Notes: a model not told the origin generated them from the letters alone. A stretch of DNA of 61,483 nt, filler included, from 7 parts of 7 records of this genome joined end to end with filler, not necessarily neighbours in it; one strand, 5' to 3'. Counted from the first letter of the whole stretch, positions 1 to 9,686 are shown. Numbers and translations are program-made.

Positions 1-1
1 G

Positions 2-505
2 TGGACCTTCAATCCTGAGTCTTTCTTTCACAGGGCGATCGGACCGGCGTTACTTGTATTGCTGGCCACAGGCGCGGCCCTGGCTTTTCTGGCCGCCAAA
101 AGGGTAAAGCATATCGCCTCAACCGGCGATTTTGAACATGCGGCAAAAACAGCCATGAGCCATAAAAAAAGTTTTGCCGCGGTAATGTTGTTTTCCTGGA
201 TTCTTGGAATATTCGTCGCAATAAGCGCGCCGGGCATGGTCAGCTACCATGGCAGAGTGATTGACTCGGCGACCAAGGCCGAGCTTAAAAAGTTATCGGT
301 TTTTCAGGAAGAATATTATGCCGAAAATAATAGTTACACCATGGACCTTGGAAAACTGAACGGCTGGAGTTCCGACCCTGAAGTCACTATTAAAATGCTA
401 TCTGTTGACGACAATTGTTTTTCGGCCCAGGCCCGCCACGACCGTGGAGACAAGATTATCACTTTTAACAGTTGCGACAACGAATTTAGGGAATCCGGCC
501 CTTAA
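2..505 (+). CDS. Membrane protein with C-terminal type IV pilin-like domain (5' partial)
   Basis: The frame is open from the window start (WTFNPESFFHRAIGPALLVLL...). The C-terminus GIFVAISAPGMVSYHGRVIDSATKAELKKLSVFQEEYYAENNSY resembles the pilin alpha1 helix, followed by a Cys pair. Confidence 0.55.
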   Translation, partial: WTFNPESFFHRAIGPALLVLLATGAALAFLAAKRVKHIASTGDFEHAAKTAMSHKKSFAAVMLFSWILGIFVAISAPGMVSYHGRVIDSATKAELKKLSVFQEEYYAENNSYTMDLGKLNGWSSDPEVTIKMLSVDDNCFSAQARHDRGDKIITFNSCDNEFRESGP

Positions 506-805
506 AGCGATCCATTCGCATTTCGATTATAAAGTCAGCATTTAAAGAAGTACACCTATTCCCCAAGACCGCGCCCGCGACAAGAGCGTCAAAACCGTCT
601 TTTATAATTCAGCGTATTATAGAATATAATTAGATTAAGCCGAGTCATGTTTTGGGACGCTCTAATAATACAGTCACAGCCCTGGTTCTTAGGGAGAAAG
701 GCGTAAATCGGTTATAAGGGAGGGACGACAATCGACGTATTGGATGATTTAACTGTATTGGTTCATTATGAGTTCAAACAGAAATCAGCCGGAGGTTAAG
801 GAATC

Positions 806-1285
806 ATGATTACGCCTAAAGTGATGATAGTGGATGACGAGGCGGAGTTTTTGGAAGCGCTGGCCGGCAGGCTTTCATTGCGAGGATTCGACATGGTCAG
901 GGCCCTTGACGGCGCCAGGGCATTGGAAGCGCTTGACGCAGATCCCAATATCGAGGTGGTGATTTTGGACATTCAAATGCCTGGACCAACAGGCCATGAG
1001 GTTTTGGACAGCATAAAAAACAGGCGCCCCCTGGTTGAAGTAATCATTCTGACAGGACACGGCAGCGTGGCATTGGGAGTGGAGTGCATGAAACGGGGCG
1101 CTTTTGATTTTCAGGAAAAATCCGCGTCAATAGACAAGCTGGCGGATATGGCTGAAAACGCGGCCCACAGGCACAGGCGCAACCAAAACATGGTTGTTTC
1201 CATCCGGTCCCGCTACAAGAAACCAAGCCAGGCCCGCATAGACAGCCTGGATCCTTTTGTCCGGAAAGCCCTGGGGTATGAATAG
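806..1285 (+). CDS. Response regulator receiver (REC) protein
   Basis: REC motifs VMIVDDE, VILDIQMPG, ILTGHG and GAFDFQEK; GGAGG/AAGGA Shine-Dalgarno upstream. Confidence 0.9.
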   Translation: MITPKVMIVDDEAEFLEALAGRLSLRGFDMVRALDGARALEALDADPNIEVVILDIQMPGPTGHEVLDSIKNRRPLVEVIILTGHGSVALGVECMKRGAFDFQEKSASIDKLADMAENAAHRHRRNQNMVVSIRSRYKKPSQARIDSLDPFVRKALGYE

Positions 1286-1374
1286 GACTTTGTCGCCTGA
1301 AATTACATGTTCTCCCTTGATTTCAATTAAGCAGGATTCTATTAAATATCAATAGAGCAGCACCAGCTTAATTT

Positions 1375-1836
1375 TCAGCCTTGCTCTTTTTTAATAAGAG
1401 ACCAAAAGCCGAAACAAAGGCAGGCCAGGCCGAAAAAAGCGGCTGCAAAAGGAACAATCCACGTCACCCTGAACTTCGGACGTATTAAGTACTTCGGATC
1501 ATCAGGATTCTGACGAAGTGAAACCGTTCCCCGATCCGGAAACTCGTTAATAAGTTTGTTCATCCCGTCCAGGTCGAAAATGTCGCCCTGAAAATAGAGA
1601 TTCTTTATTTCCACTTCAACCCATTCGTTATTTAATTGATACCGGACGCGGACGTGAGGCCAGTGCATGTCCGGCCGGTTTAGTGGATGTTTTTCCGTCT
1701 CCACTTCTTTTGAAACTATTACCGCATCTACTTTCGGCCACAGCATTCTCGACACGGACTGGTCGTCGAATGTGGCCCAGACATAGCTCACAATTATTGC
1801 GATCAGGCCGATAAAAAAGAAGATAAATGAACGCAT
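1375..1836 (-). CDS. Two-TM membrane protein, DUF3592-like
   Basis: N- and C-terminal hydrophobic helices flank a WPKVDAVIV...VRYQLN...VSLRQNPDDP beta domain. Confidence 0.6.
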   Translation of the reverse strand: MRSFIFFFIGLIAIIVSYVWATFDDQSVSRMLWPKVDAVIVSKEVETEKHPLNRPDMHWPHVRVRYQLNNEWVEVEIKNLYFQGDIFDLDGMNKLINEFPDRGTVSLRQNPDDPKYLIRPKFRVTWIVPFAAAFFGLACLCFGFWSLIKKEQG

Positions 1837-1851
1837 ATTCCTTGCTGTTTG

Positions 1852-2763
1852 TTACGACGGTTCAAGGTATAAATCACCCACAAAAAGGCTTTCCGTCAAT
1901 CCAACCTCGATACTCTCTTTTTCATATCCCTCCATTGATATCTCAATTATATATCGGACGCCGCCGCCTTCAAGGCCGTCAAACCTGAAATCGCCGAAAT
2001 TATCGGTTACGGTCCGGTCAATCGTCTCGCCGGCAAGGTCGAGCAGCACTACGTTGGCGCCTTCGGCGCATTCGCTCACGCCGGCTTTTTCAAAAGCCGC
2101 GGAACCGGCGATGAAGCAGCGTTCAAAACGATAAAGATTTTTATAATAAACTCGAGGATTGGTCCTGTATTCCGGTTTTAGCTCTTCCATTTTACCGTGT
2201 TCAATAATTTTCAACATTTCCTTTTCTTCTACATAAATAACATCCAGGGCGCCGGTGGGGCAGACCTGGACGCAACGGGGCCGGGTCCAGCCATCGTCCA
2301 GCAGGTGCGCGCAGAACGTGCATTTTTGAGGGACATTCGCGTCTTCATTCCACCAGACAACGTTATATGGGCAGGCTTTGACGATATCCTTTTGTCCTGT
2401 TGATCTTATCGGATCGATTATTACAATGCCGTCTTCCCGCTTATACACTGCTTCATCTTCTGCCGCGCGAACACAAGGGGCGTTACGGCAATGCTGACAA
2501 GGAGTCGGCAGATAGACCGCATCGACAACCGGGTATTGCCCGCGTTCCTTGCGTACTATGTCTATCCAGCGTTGCCCGTGCAATGGCTGCGGCAGACTGT
2601 AACCCGGAAATTCATTGTCTACATGCTCGTCTTTACAGGCCAGGAAACAGTTGTTGCAGTCTTCGCAAAGGGCGACGTCAATAATCAGGAACCATTCCTT
2701 GGGCGGAGCGGCTTCAGGCTGATCCATATCTAATTCGGTCCCATTATACAGATCATCTGTCAT
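1852..2763 (-). CDS. Fe-S small subunit of a pyrogallol transhydroxylase-family enzyme (BthL-like)
   Basis: IDVALCEDCNNCFLACKDEH, PTPCQHCRNAPC, CPY, KCTFCAHLLD, PRVYYKNLYRFE and a C-terminal beta-sandwich (TDNFGDFRFDGL) match the transhydroxylase beta subunit as recalled. Start placed at ATG 2763, which has a GAGGAGG SD. Confidence 0.88.
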   Translation of the reverse strand: MTDDLYNGTELDMDQPEAAPPKEWFLIIDVALCEDCNNCFLACKDEHVDNEFPGYSLPQPLHGQRWIDIVRKERGQYPVVDAVYLPTPCQHCRNAPCVRAAEDEAVYKREDGIVIIDPIRSTGQKDIVKACPYNVVWWNEDANVPQKCTFCAHLLDDGWTRPRCVQVCPTGALDVIYVEEKEMLKIIEHGKMEELKPEYRTNPRVYYKNLYRFERCFIAGSAAFEKAGVSECAEGANVVLLDLAGETIDRTVTDNFGDFRFDGLEGGGVRYIIEISMEGYEKESIEVGLTESLFVGDLYLEPS

Positions 2764-2764
2764 A

Positions 2765-5725
2765 TCAAGCCTCCTCACTCCACCTGTCCACTTGAACCAG
2801 GCATGAATTTGCGGCGTGGGAATGGGATTTCTTTATCATGGGCCGCTTTGAAGTTAGTATGTTAACGCATCCCCCGCGGTCCGGCGATTCGCCCGGCAAG
2901 CCCACGGGATCGTAAACAGCGCAGGATTCATAGGAGTGCACGGTCCCCGGGGGCACGCGTTCGGTGACCTGGGCGGCGCATATAACCTGCCCCCGGTCAT
3001 TGTACACCTTGACCAGATCGTTTTCCCGGATGCCTCGGTCATCCGCGTCCCTGGAATTTATCCGCACGATCCAGTAGTAGTACCCGTCGATGAGGACCCG
3101 GTGATCTTTCACATCATTGATAATGCTGTCCTTGCCGTCGCCCATGGTGTGGAAGCTGAATCGAGGATGAGGAGTTATAAGCTGTAATGGGTATTTTGAA
3201 TAAAGCTCTTCAGTATGGCGTCCTTCCCAGGAAGGAATGTATTTGGTCATGACGGGCCGTTCCGGATCGTCCGGGTCGTATCTTTTGAGGCTCGAACAGA
3301 CAAATTCGAACTTGCCCGACTGAGTCTGGAGACCATGGCCGAACTGCTGGGAATAATCGGACGGCAAGGGGGATACCTCCGGCGAGTCTTTCATTCGGCC
3401 TTCGGCAAACCAGCGGTATGAAACCGGAGGGCGTTTGTCCGGGGGAGGCGCGGGCACGACATAATACCCCTTTTTTATAAATTCCTTCCAGGAGATCCGG
3501 TCCGGCAAATCCGTGGCGTCGAACAGACGCTTGCACCAATCAAGTTCGGTCGAGCCTTCCGAGTATGGGGCGGAAAGGCCCAGTTTCTTGGCTATATCGT
3601 GGAATATTTGCCAGTCTGATTTTGATTCGCCGAGGGGCTCTATGCATTTATGCTGCATGACCGCCACCCGGTGGTTGCACTGAGTGAAACTGTGCTGGAT
3701 GTATCCTCCGCAGTTGGCGAATTCACTTATGTCCCAGCGCTCAAAACTGGTGCAGGCCGGCAGGATGATGTCGGCGAATTTGGTCTCGCCTTCCATCCAG
3801 ATGGACTGATTGACCACGAATTCGAGGTTATCAGACCGGTACATGCGGGCGTACCTGTTGGTCTCGTTCATGGTTCCCAGGTGAGATCCGCCGTATTTAT
3901 AATACATTTTAACAGGCGAGTGCCCGGGCGCCGGGTATTTGATTTCCATGAACTGGCCGTGAACGGTTCGGGCATCGGTGGGGAAGCCTTCCGTCTCTCC
4001 GTCCAAGATGGCTTCCGGGATGCGAAGGCGGGGAACTTTTTGGTAGACCGTGTTAACGGTAGGCAGTTGAGGCATACGCTGGTACATCTGGACGGCCAGG
4101 GCCGAGCCTTCGATATCGCCGGAAAGGCCGCCTTCGGCGTAGCCGGGAAAATAGAATCGGCAGTCCAGGGGCGTCCCCTGCTGCAAGCAGCCCATATTTA
4201 CTCCCGGCTTGCCCAGGCCCTGCATGGCCATGAGGCAAGCCATGGAACGGGCCCATTCATTACCTGTAGCGCATCGGCAAGCCCCGCCGAATCCCTGGAG
4301 CCCCCCGGCGGCCAGATAGGTCTTTTTCCTGCCCCATTCCCGGGCCAGGGCCCTGACGTCCTTGGCCGGAATACCGGATTCGTTTTCCTGCCATTCCGGA
4401 GTCTTGGGAACGCCGTCTTCCTTGCCCAGAATGTAATCCCGCCATTCCTCGAAACCAATGGTCAATTTCTCAAGATATTCCTTGTCGTATAAATCTTCCA
4501 TGATCCAGACGTAGGCAATGGCCAGGGCCAGGGCGTTGCCCGTGGCCGGCCGGGGCGCAAGCCACTTGCCCCCCAGGAGCGCTGCCGTGTGATTGAAAAA
4601 TGGATCTATATGAACGAGCTTAATGCCCAGCTCCTTAAGCCACAATCGGCGGGCGGTTCCTTCAAAAGCCCCGTAGACGCCGCTGGTGGCCTCCGGGTCG
4701 CTCGACCAGAAGACGACCATTTCGCATTCCTTCAAAAGGTCTTCCACTGTGCCGTAAGTTTCAGGAGCCCCCAGCCGCATACTGTAACCCCAGTGGTGCA
4801 TGGCCCCCCAGTACCACCCTTCCCAACTGTCGGGATTGTGAACCACGTAAGAGGCGCCGATGGAGTTGAAAAAACGAAGTCGCGTGCTGAGCCAGTACCC
4901 TAGGTGGCCCCAGGTATGGTGGGAGCCGCTGCCGTTGAGAATGGCGCCCGGGCCGTGCTCCCTTTTGACCCGCTTGATTTCTTCGGCCACTATATTAACG
5001 GCCTCTTCCCAACTTATCCGTTCATAACCGGATGTTCCCCTGTTTTGAGGATTTCTCTCTCCATTCGGATCAAAGTCGAACCGCTTCATGGGGTAAAGGA
5101 GCCGGTCCGGAGAATAGACCATGGATTTCCAGGCCAGGGTATAGGGGTTGACGGTGGTTCGTCGCGGCGGCGTGAATTTTTTACCCCGCGCTTCAATAGT
5201 CCACGATTCAGCGTCGTTTTCATCGAATTCAATTGGCGTGATTCGCAGGATTTGACCGTCCTTGACATATACAAACAAGGGGCCGCCGTTGGTATTGGTC
5301 GTATACCTTGTCACTCCGTTTCCCATGTCCGTGCCGAATTCCAGCCCCAGGCTCATTAATATGGAAAGAGTTTCCAGAAACCAGGAAGTCAGTTCATCCG
5401 GCCCGAAAAGACCTAAATTGAAATTCTTCATGGCGTTGATCATGGCCAGTTGGTCCCGAGGCGGAGTCATCAGCTTGACGGCCAGTTCAGGGCTGCTGAA
5501 ACTCATGGTCACATCCGGTTCGGGATGAATTCCTGATTTGGATTTCATTTTCCCGTTTTTAAAAATGAAATACCGGCCGGCCAAACCGTCTTCCAGGCGT
5601 ATTTGAGCAATCAGATTCTTTTCCTTGATGCGATCACGGAAGTCGGGGTATCTCATGGCCTGCAACTTAAACATTTTAGCCAGGCCGAAGAGCATGACGG
5701 TAAATTTTCCTTTATCGAACGCCAT
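2765..5725 (-). CDS. Mo-bisPGD oxidoreductase, pyrogallol transhydroxylase (AthL)/aromatic hydroxylase-like large subunit with N-terminal SCP2-like extension
   Basis: GGPLFVYVKDG, SHHTWG, HNPDSWEGW (Ser Mo ligand), FPGYAEGG, ERWDISEFANCGGY, HTMGDGK and HSYESCAVYDP are characteristic of this DMSO-reductase subfamily. No Tat signal. Confidence 0.9.
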   Translation of the reverse strand: MAFDKGKFTVMLFGLAKMFKLQAMRYPDFRDRIKEKNLIAQIRLEDGLAGRYFIFKNGKMKSKSGIHPEPDVTMSFSSPELAVKLMTPPRDQLAMINAMKNFNLGLFGPDELTSWFLETLSILMSLGLEFGTDMGNGVTRYTTNTNGGPLFVYVKDGQILRITPIEFDENDAESWTIEARGKKFTPPRRTTVNPYTLAWKSMVYSPDRLLYPMKRFDFDPNGERNPQNRGTSGYERISWEEAVNIVAEEIKRVKREHGPGAILNGSGSHHTWGHLGYWLSTRLRFFNSIGASYVVHNPDSWEGWYWGAMHHWGYSMRLGAPETYGTVEDLLKECEMVVFWSSDPEATSGVYGAFEGTARRLWLKELGIKLVHIDPFFNHTAALLGGKWLAPRPATGNALALAIAYVWIMEDLYDKEYLEKLTIGFEEWRDYILGKEDGVPKTPEWQENESGIPAKDVRALAREWGRKKTYLAAGGLQGFGGACRCATGNEWARSMACLMAMQGLGKPGVNMGCLQQGTPLDCRFYFPGYAEGGLSGDIEGSALAVQMYQRMPQLPTVNTVYQKVPRLRIPEAILDGETEGFPTDARTVHGQFMEIKYPAPGHSPVKMYYKYGGSHLGTMNETNRYARMYRSDNLEFVVNQSIWMEGETKFADIILPACTSFERWDISEFANCGGYIQHSFTQCNHRVAVMQHKCIEPLGESKSDWQIFHDIAKKLGLSAPYSEGSTELDWCKRLFDATDLPDRISWKEFIKKGYYVVPAPPPDKRPPVSYRWFAEGRMKDSPEVSPLPSDYSQQFGHGLQTQSGKFEFVCSSLKRYDPDDPERPVMTKYIPSWEGRHTEELYSKYPLQLITPHPRFSFHTMGDGKDSIINDVKDHRVLIDGYYYWIVRINSRDADDRGIRENDLVKVYNDRGQVICAAQVTERVPPGTVHSYESCAVYDPVGLPGESPDRGGCVNILTSKRPMIKKSHSHAANSCLVQVDRWSEEA

Positions 5726-5861
5726 GTGTTTTTCTCCGAATTATTGGTTGTGTATTAATTCATCAGGTGACTCACCTTCACTGCCGATGAGAAATTATAG
5801 TGCTTGCCAAAAGTTGGGTTTGATTGACGTGACTTTTTGTTTATGCCATTTTGGTCTGAAA

Positions 5862-5961
5862 NNNNNNNNNNNNNNNNNNNNNNNNNNNNNNNNNNNNNNN
5901 NNNNNTTAATTAATTAANNNNNNNNNNNNNNNNNNNNNNNNNNNNNNNNNNNNNNNNNNNN
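5862..5961. other. Artificial contig spacer
   Basis: 44 N + TTAATTAATTAA (stops in all six frames) + 44 N; identical to five other spacers. Confidence 0.99.
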
Positions 5962-6099
5962 TGATTGGCTACAATCAAAAATCCATAACGCAAAGGGGCT
6001 GCCTTCATGGGTCGCATGTGCTTTTAGAACTGATGGCTCAAACTCTGCAACATCAGGAAAACGATCCAGCACTATGTTCCTGACTTCTTCAACATTCAT
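5962..6099 (-). CDS. Small protein, 3' truncated by contig end; possible ABC-3C/Lamassu middle component
   Basis: ATG overlaps the stop of the upstream 575-aa gene (ATGA). Only about 46 aa are visible, so identity is inferred from context. Confidence 0.35.
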
Positions 6100-7823
6100 A
6101 TATGTGTCTCCCCGACTATTGATCGAGCACTTTCATTTAGGTCTGCAGTCAGATCCGTGAGCCCTTGTGGATAAACGTAGCGCAATTGCCCATTGTTTCG
6201 ATACCAGACAACTAATGACCGTTTTGCTTCACCTACGATATCCGCCAAATCTGCGAGCCGACTTTTGGCGTAATCTTCATTGGCATCACCGATGAACACA
6301 AAAGTTGCTGGAAAATCACCGGTCGATTCTACAATGTTGAAGGAGAAAGATCCTTTAATAGCAGGATAGCGAATTTGTCCTCGGGTTTGAAGAGTCTGTA
6401 AGTGTGGTGGGAAGGATACACTACCGGACAAAATTTCATTCTTGAGGGTGCAAAAAGCCAGAAGTCGCCGCCGCCTAAACTCTTGACTCTGAATATCTGG
6501 ATCATGACAGAAAGTAATCCGCTGGCAGACCTCTTCTGATGTTAGCTCCAAACTTGGTAATGATGCGAGACTGGGCCAAGGTGTTTGCGATTGAAGCATA
6601 ATATCACCGCTGGATAGGCATACAAGACGCTCCTTATTAGTGGGGGATAGCGTTTGATCAGTTAATGGCTTCATATTAGCAGCAACCACCGAACAGCTTT
6701 TTATGAAACCGTCATCAAGGTTCTCCTTATCTCCCCACTTTGTGTGTGCACTATCCCAAAGGTATGATGCAACCACTTCTGGGCCAACACGGTCCCGACA
6801 TGCGGCAGCCGGAGCTTCTGACTGCCATACTTTAAGACTTTTCAAATGAAGGACACATTCATCATAGTTCAGTATACGGCAATCATAGTGTCGCTTTCGA
6901 CACTGCGCATAATAGAAACCTCTATTGTGTGCGGTATCAACTCGGTCATCAGAGATATCAACTTTTGAGGACTTAAAGTACCACCCTGAGCCTCCATACT
7001 TAAAGGAAAAAAGGTCGAGAACAGATGTTCCTCTTGCCCAGTTAAGCGTCAGGATTTCCATTCGGTTCATACGGCGATTTGACCAAAAGTCACGGTACTC
7101 TCGAAACTGTGAGTGTCTTGGATCAGGGTTTAATTGAAGGTTGATCAATAAATAAGGTAGCACAGTAGATTGGGGGAGCTCGTTTGCGAAATTGAAACCG
7201 AGAGCCTCTGCGCAAATGATTATTGCAAGATGAATCGATTGGTCATTGTTCCTAAAAATAGCACGATGAGAACCTCTTATCATGTACTTTACTTCAATCT
7301 CATGTACACGGTCAGCCATAGGCTTTTGCTTGAACTGCAAAAGGGCAACTCGTTGGAGATTTCCAGTACGATCATAAGCCGAAAAGAGAAAGCATACTGG
7401 TGTCAAAAATCGCTGTTCCATCCGTGCTGTGGGTTGCTCGTGGATCCAAAAGAGATCATGCGCCATTTCAAAGGAAGCGAGTTCTGATGGGGTGATTGAT
7501 TCGCAACCAATGATCCAAAGATTGCCTTCAGTGGGCCACTTTTCCCCGTCTATTAAAGCTCCTAATGCATTCCAGGGACATGAATATTCCGGTGTGAGTA
7601 AGAGAGCTGGCTGAATGTCTGAAGCAAGAGAGAAGAAACTCGTCAACTTGGTAGCTGCTACTGCGTTGTTTGATTGGCGTACACCGAAAGGCCCCGCCTC
7701 AATGTTACCACGCGTCTGAAAAAGCAGGATGTCATATTCAGTTTCATCAGGATGGAGTGCGTGGAAGGGTGTGGTGTTGAGCCCACACTCATTCAGTTGT
7801 TCATCAGCAAACTTCCAAGCCAA
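6096..7823 (-). CDS. Carbon-nitrogen hydrolase (nitrilase/amidase)-fold protein with long C-terminal domain; candidate defence effector
   Basis: Catalytic triad motifs LLLTPEYS (Glu), LQFKQKP (Lys), IIICAEAL (Cys). TTG start with AGGAGG SD. Lies next to an integrative element. Confidence 0.65.
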   Translation of the reverse strand: MAWKFADEQLNECGLNTTPFHALHPDETEYDILLFQTRGNIEAGPFGVRQSNNAVAATKLTSFFSLASDIQPALLLTPEYSCPWNALGALIDGEKWPTEGNLWIIGCESITPSELASFEMAHDLFWIHEQPTARMEQRFLTPVCFLFSAYDRTGNLQRVALLQFKQKPMADRVHEIEVKYMIRGSHRAIFRNNDQSIHLAIIICAEALGFNFANELPQSTVLPYLLINLQLNPDPRHSQFREYRDFWSNRRMNRMEILTLNWARGTSVLDLFSFKYGGSGWYFKSSKVDISDDRVDTAHNRGFYYAQCRKRHYDCRILNYDECVLHLKSLKVWQSEAPAAACRDRVGPEVVASYLWDSAHTKWGDKENLDDGFIKSCSVVAANMKPLTDQTLSPTNKERLVCLSSGDIMLQSQTPWPSLASLPSLELTSEEVCQRITFCHDPDIQSQEFRRRRLLAFCTLKNEILSGSVSFPPHLQTLQTRGQIRYPAIKGSFSFNIVESTGDFPATFVFIGDANEDYAKSRLADLADIVGEAKRSLVVWYRNNGQLRYVYPQGLTDLTADLNESARSIVGETHI

Positions 7824-8213
7824 AATCGTTGCCCTCCTTCACAATATAAGCCTCTCCAAGTATGACCAAATGGTGCCAGTTAATATGAAGCCCATTTAAT
7901 CAACTAAGCTTGAGTGAGTGCCGATTTGTTGAACGCGGTTTAATAAATTAGAGCTGGCTATATCTTAGCTTATCATTTTAACATACCAAATTCATGAATC
8001 AAGATTTCATATCAAACGGCTAAAGATCATACAATTTGAGGGAAATCTCGGTAATATTGGCATAGATTGTAGAAAACTTGATTTGATCTTTCAACCATCT
8101 GATATTGTATAGATATATTAGGAAGGTCCCGGAGTTAAGTTAACCGCTGCACATAAAATCTGATATATCGGCAAACGATAAATAATTGAAATTTGACAAG
8201 CATTTATATAAAC

Positions 8214-8247
8214 AAAACCCGATCCACTTGTAGCAGGTCGGGTTTTC
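8214..8247 (-). terminator. Intrinsic terminator-like hairpin
   Basis: AAAACCCGATC...GGTCGGGTTTT inverted repeat with A/T tails. Confidence 0.55.
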
Positions 8248-8329
8248 ACTGATGGGATTCTGCACATGCTTTGCACAGATTTTCGAGGTTCTGCACAAAT
8301 ACCCATTAGTTAAAATATCAATAGGTTAA

Positions 8330-8361
8330 TGGTGGAGGAGGCGGGAGTCAAACCCGCGTAC
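8330..8361 (-). mobile_element. Degenerate tmRNA (ssrA) 3'-end fragment, att-like site
   Basis: Minus strand reads GTACGCGGGTTTGACTCCCGCCTCCTCCACCA, matching the tmRNA T-arm/acceptor 3' end (GACGCGGGTTCGACTCCCGCCxCCTCCACCA). No rest of tmRNA is recognisable upstream. Confidence 0.7.
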
Positions 8362-8616
8362 AATCTATAAATTTCTTCAACTAAATACCGGTCGGTTACT
8401 AATGCAGATAATCACTTTCCAGTTATCCAAAATCATTCAGGAGCCACAGTACAGACTATCAACACCAAATCACAGATAAGGCGAAACTTCATATACGGTC
8501 GATGTATCACTATTGTTTAAACCCTTATTGACCTTTATAACACACACCTAATCCTACTCGTTCTATGGCTTGATTTTAATTCAAATGGCTATGGTACAAT
8601 TACAAATCGGGTTTTA

Positions 8617-9189
8617 TTATTTTTGCCTCTTACTCATCCGATGGAGCGGAATGGAGCTACCACCACACCCCAACATGAAGTCAGTGGAACACCTCAGTGC
8701 ATCAGCCAGTTTGACGATCACATCTGTCGTCGTGTGATGTCCTGCTTCAATTTTCTCAATAAGATCGATGGAAAGACCCGATCGCTTAGAAACGTCCGCG
8801 ATACTTAGCCCCATGTCCTCACGCCAATAGCGTACCCGCCTGCCCATTTCGGGGTCTGGAGATGCGGAACCAATAAGGACCTCATTGGTTCTGCCACCTT
8901 CGGAATATGATTTTCCACCCTCTTGCACCGTCGCAACCGATTGATTAGTCAATTTATAGGATGTATGCCCCCATAAAAAATAATCTACCGGTTTGCGAGT
9001 CGCCAAGGATACAGATAGAATGTAATTCAAAGAGGGTTTTTTACTACCGCGTGCACCATGAATATTAGAAACGACATTGATCTTAACGCCGACCTTTTTT
9101 GCCCAAGCCGTCCTTGAATATCCTACCATCTCCATTTCAATACGACGAGTAACTTCTTCGAAATTAATGTCGGCAGGAACTTTTTTCAT
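8617..9189 (-). CDS. XRE-family repressor with two HTH domains
   Basis: N-terminal HTH (SRTAWAKKVGV...PSLNYILSVSLATRKPVDYFLWG) and C-terminal HTH (RVRYWREDMGLSIADVSKRSG...KIEAG...LADALRCSTDFMLG). Divergent from xis/int. Confidence 0.8.
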   Translation of the reverse strand: MKKVPADINFEEVTRRIEMEMVGYSRTAWAKKVGVKINVVSNIHGARGSKKPSLNYILSVSLATRKPVDYFLWGHTSYKLTNQSVATVQEGGKSYSEGGRTNEVLIGSASPDPEMGRRVRYWREDMGLSIADVSKRSGLSIDLIEKIEAGHHTTTDVIVKLADALRCSTDFMLGCGGSSIPLHRMSKRQK

Positions 9190-9196
9190 TTTTTTC

Positions 9197-9225
9197 TTGA
9201 CAAAATATTCACATTATGTGTAGGG
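9197..9225 (+). promoter_or_regulatory. Putative sigma70 promoter/operator for xis-int
   Basis: Perfect TTGACA at 9197 just upstream of the repressor start, with palindrome CACAT-T-ATGTG (9210-9220) in the spacer. The -10 box is weak. Confidence 0.45.
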
Positions 9226-9686
9226 GTGATTAGCATTCCTTCCTGGAACTTCAATCATTTTGAACTCAACACTGCATTTGCTTGTATCAGCCGGTATTGG
9301 ATTAATCCCTGAGTTGGTCTTGAGTTGGCAGCAGTGAGCATGTAAGATTCATGGTTTAAAAATATTGATCTACATCTAATTTCGTGACGTGGTTTCACCT
9401 GTCTATTGTATTGACTGAATCTGCCACCCATCTCATCCTCTACGGAATCAGATTTACTACAGACTACATTAACACAATCATCGAATCAAATACTATTGAT
9501 TTTGGTACCTATCGGAAGTTTATTATTGCCTTGTCAAGCTATTAGCTCTCGGTTTTGATGCATTCCACAGGCTACTGATATCAATGAAAAATATCTATTC
9601 AGCGCTATATGAAAGGCCAGGATAACTATATTCGAATTTTTTGATCTACTGATAAGTCATGGCCGTTATGTAAAGAGGAACAAACA

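Noticed and set aside
3650-5359. Long + strand ORFs (280, 104, 151 aa) opposite the Mo enzyme
   Set aside because: Antisense shadows of a GC-rich coding gene, with no recognisable motifs.
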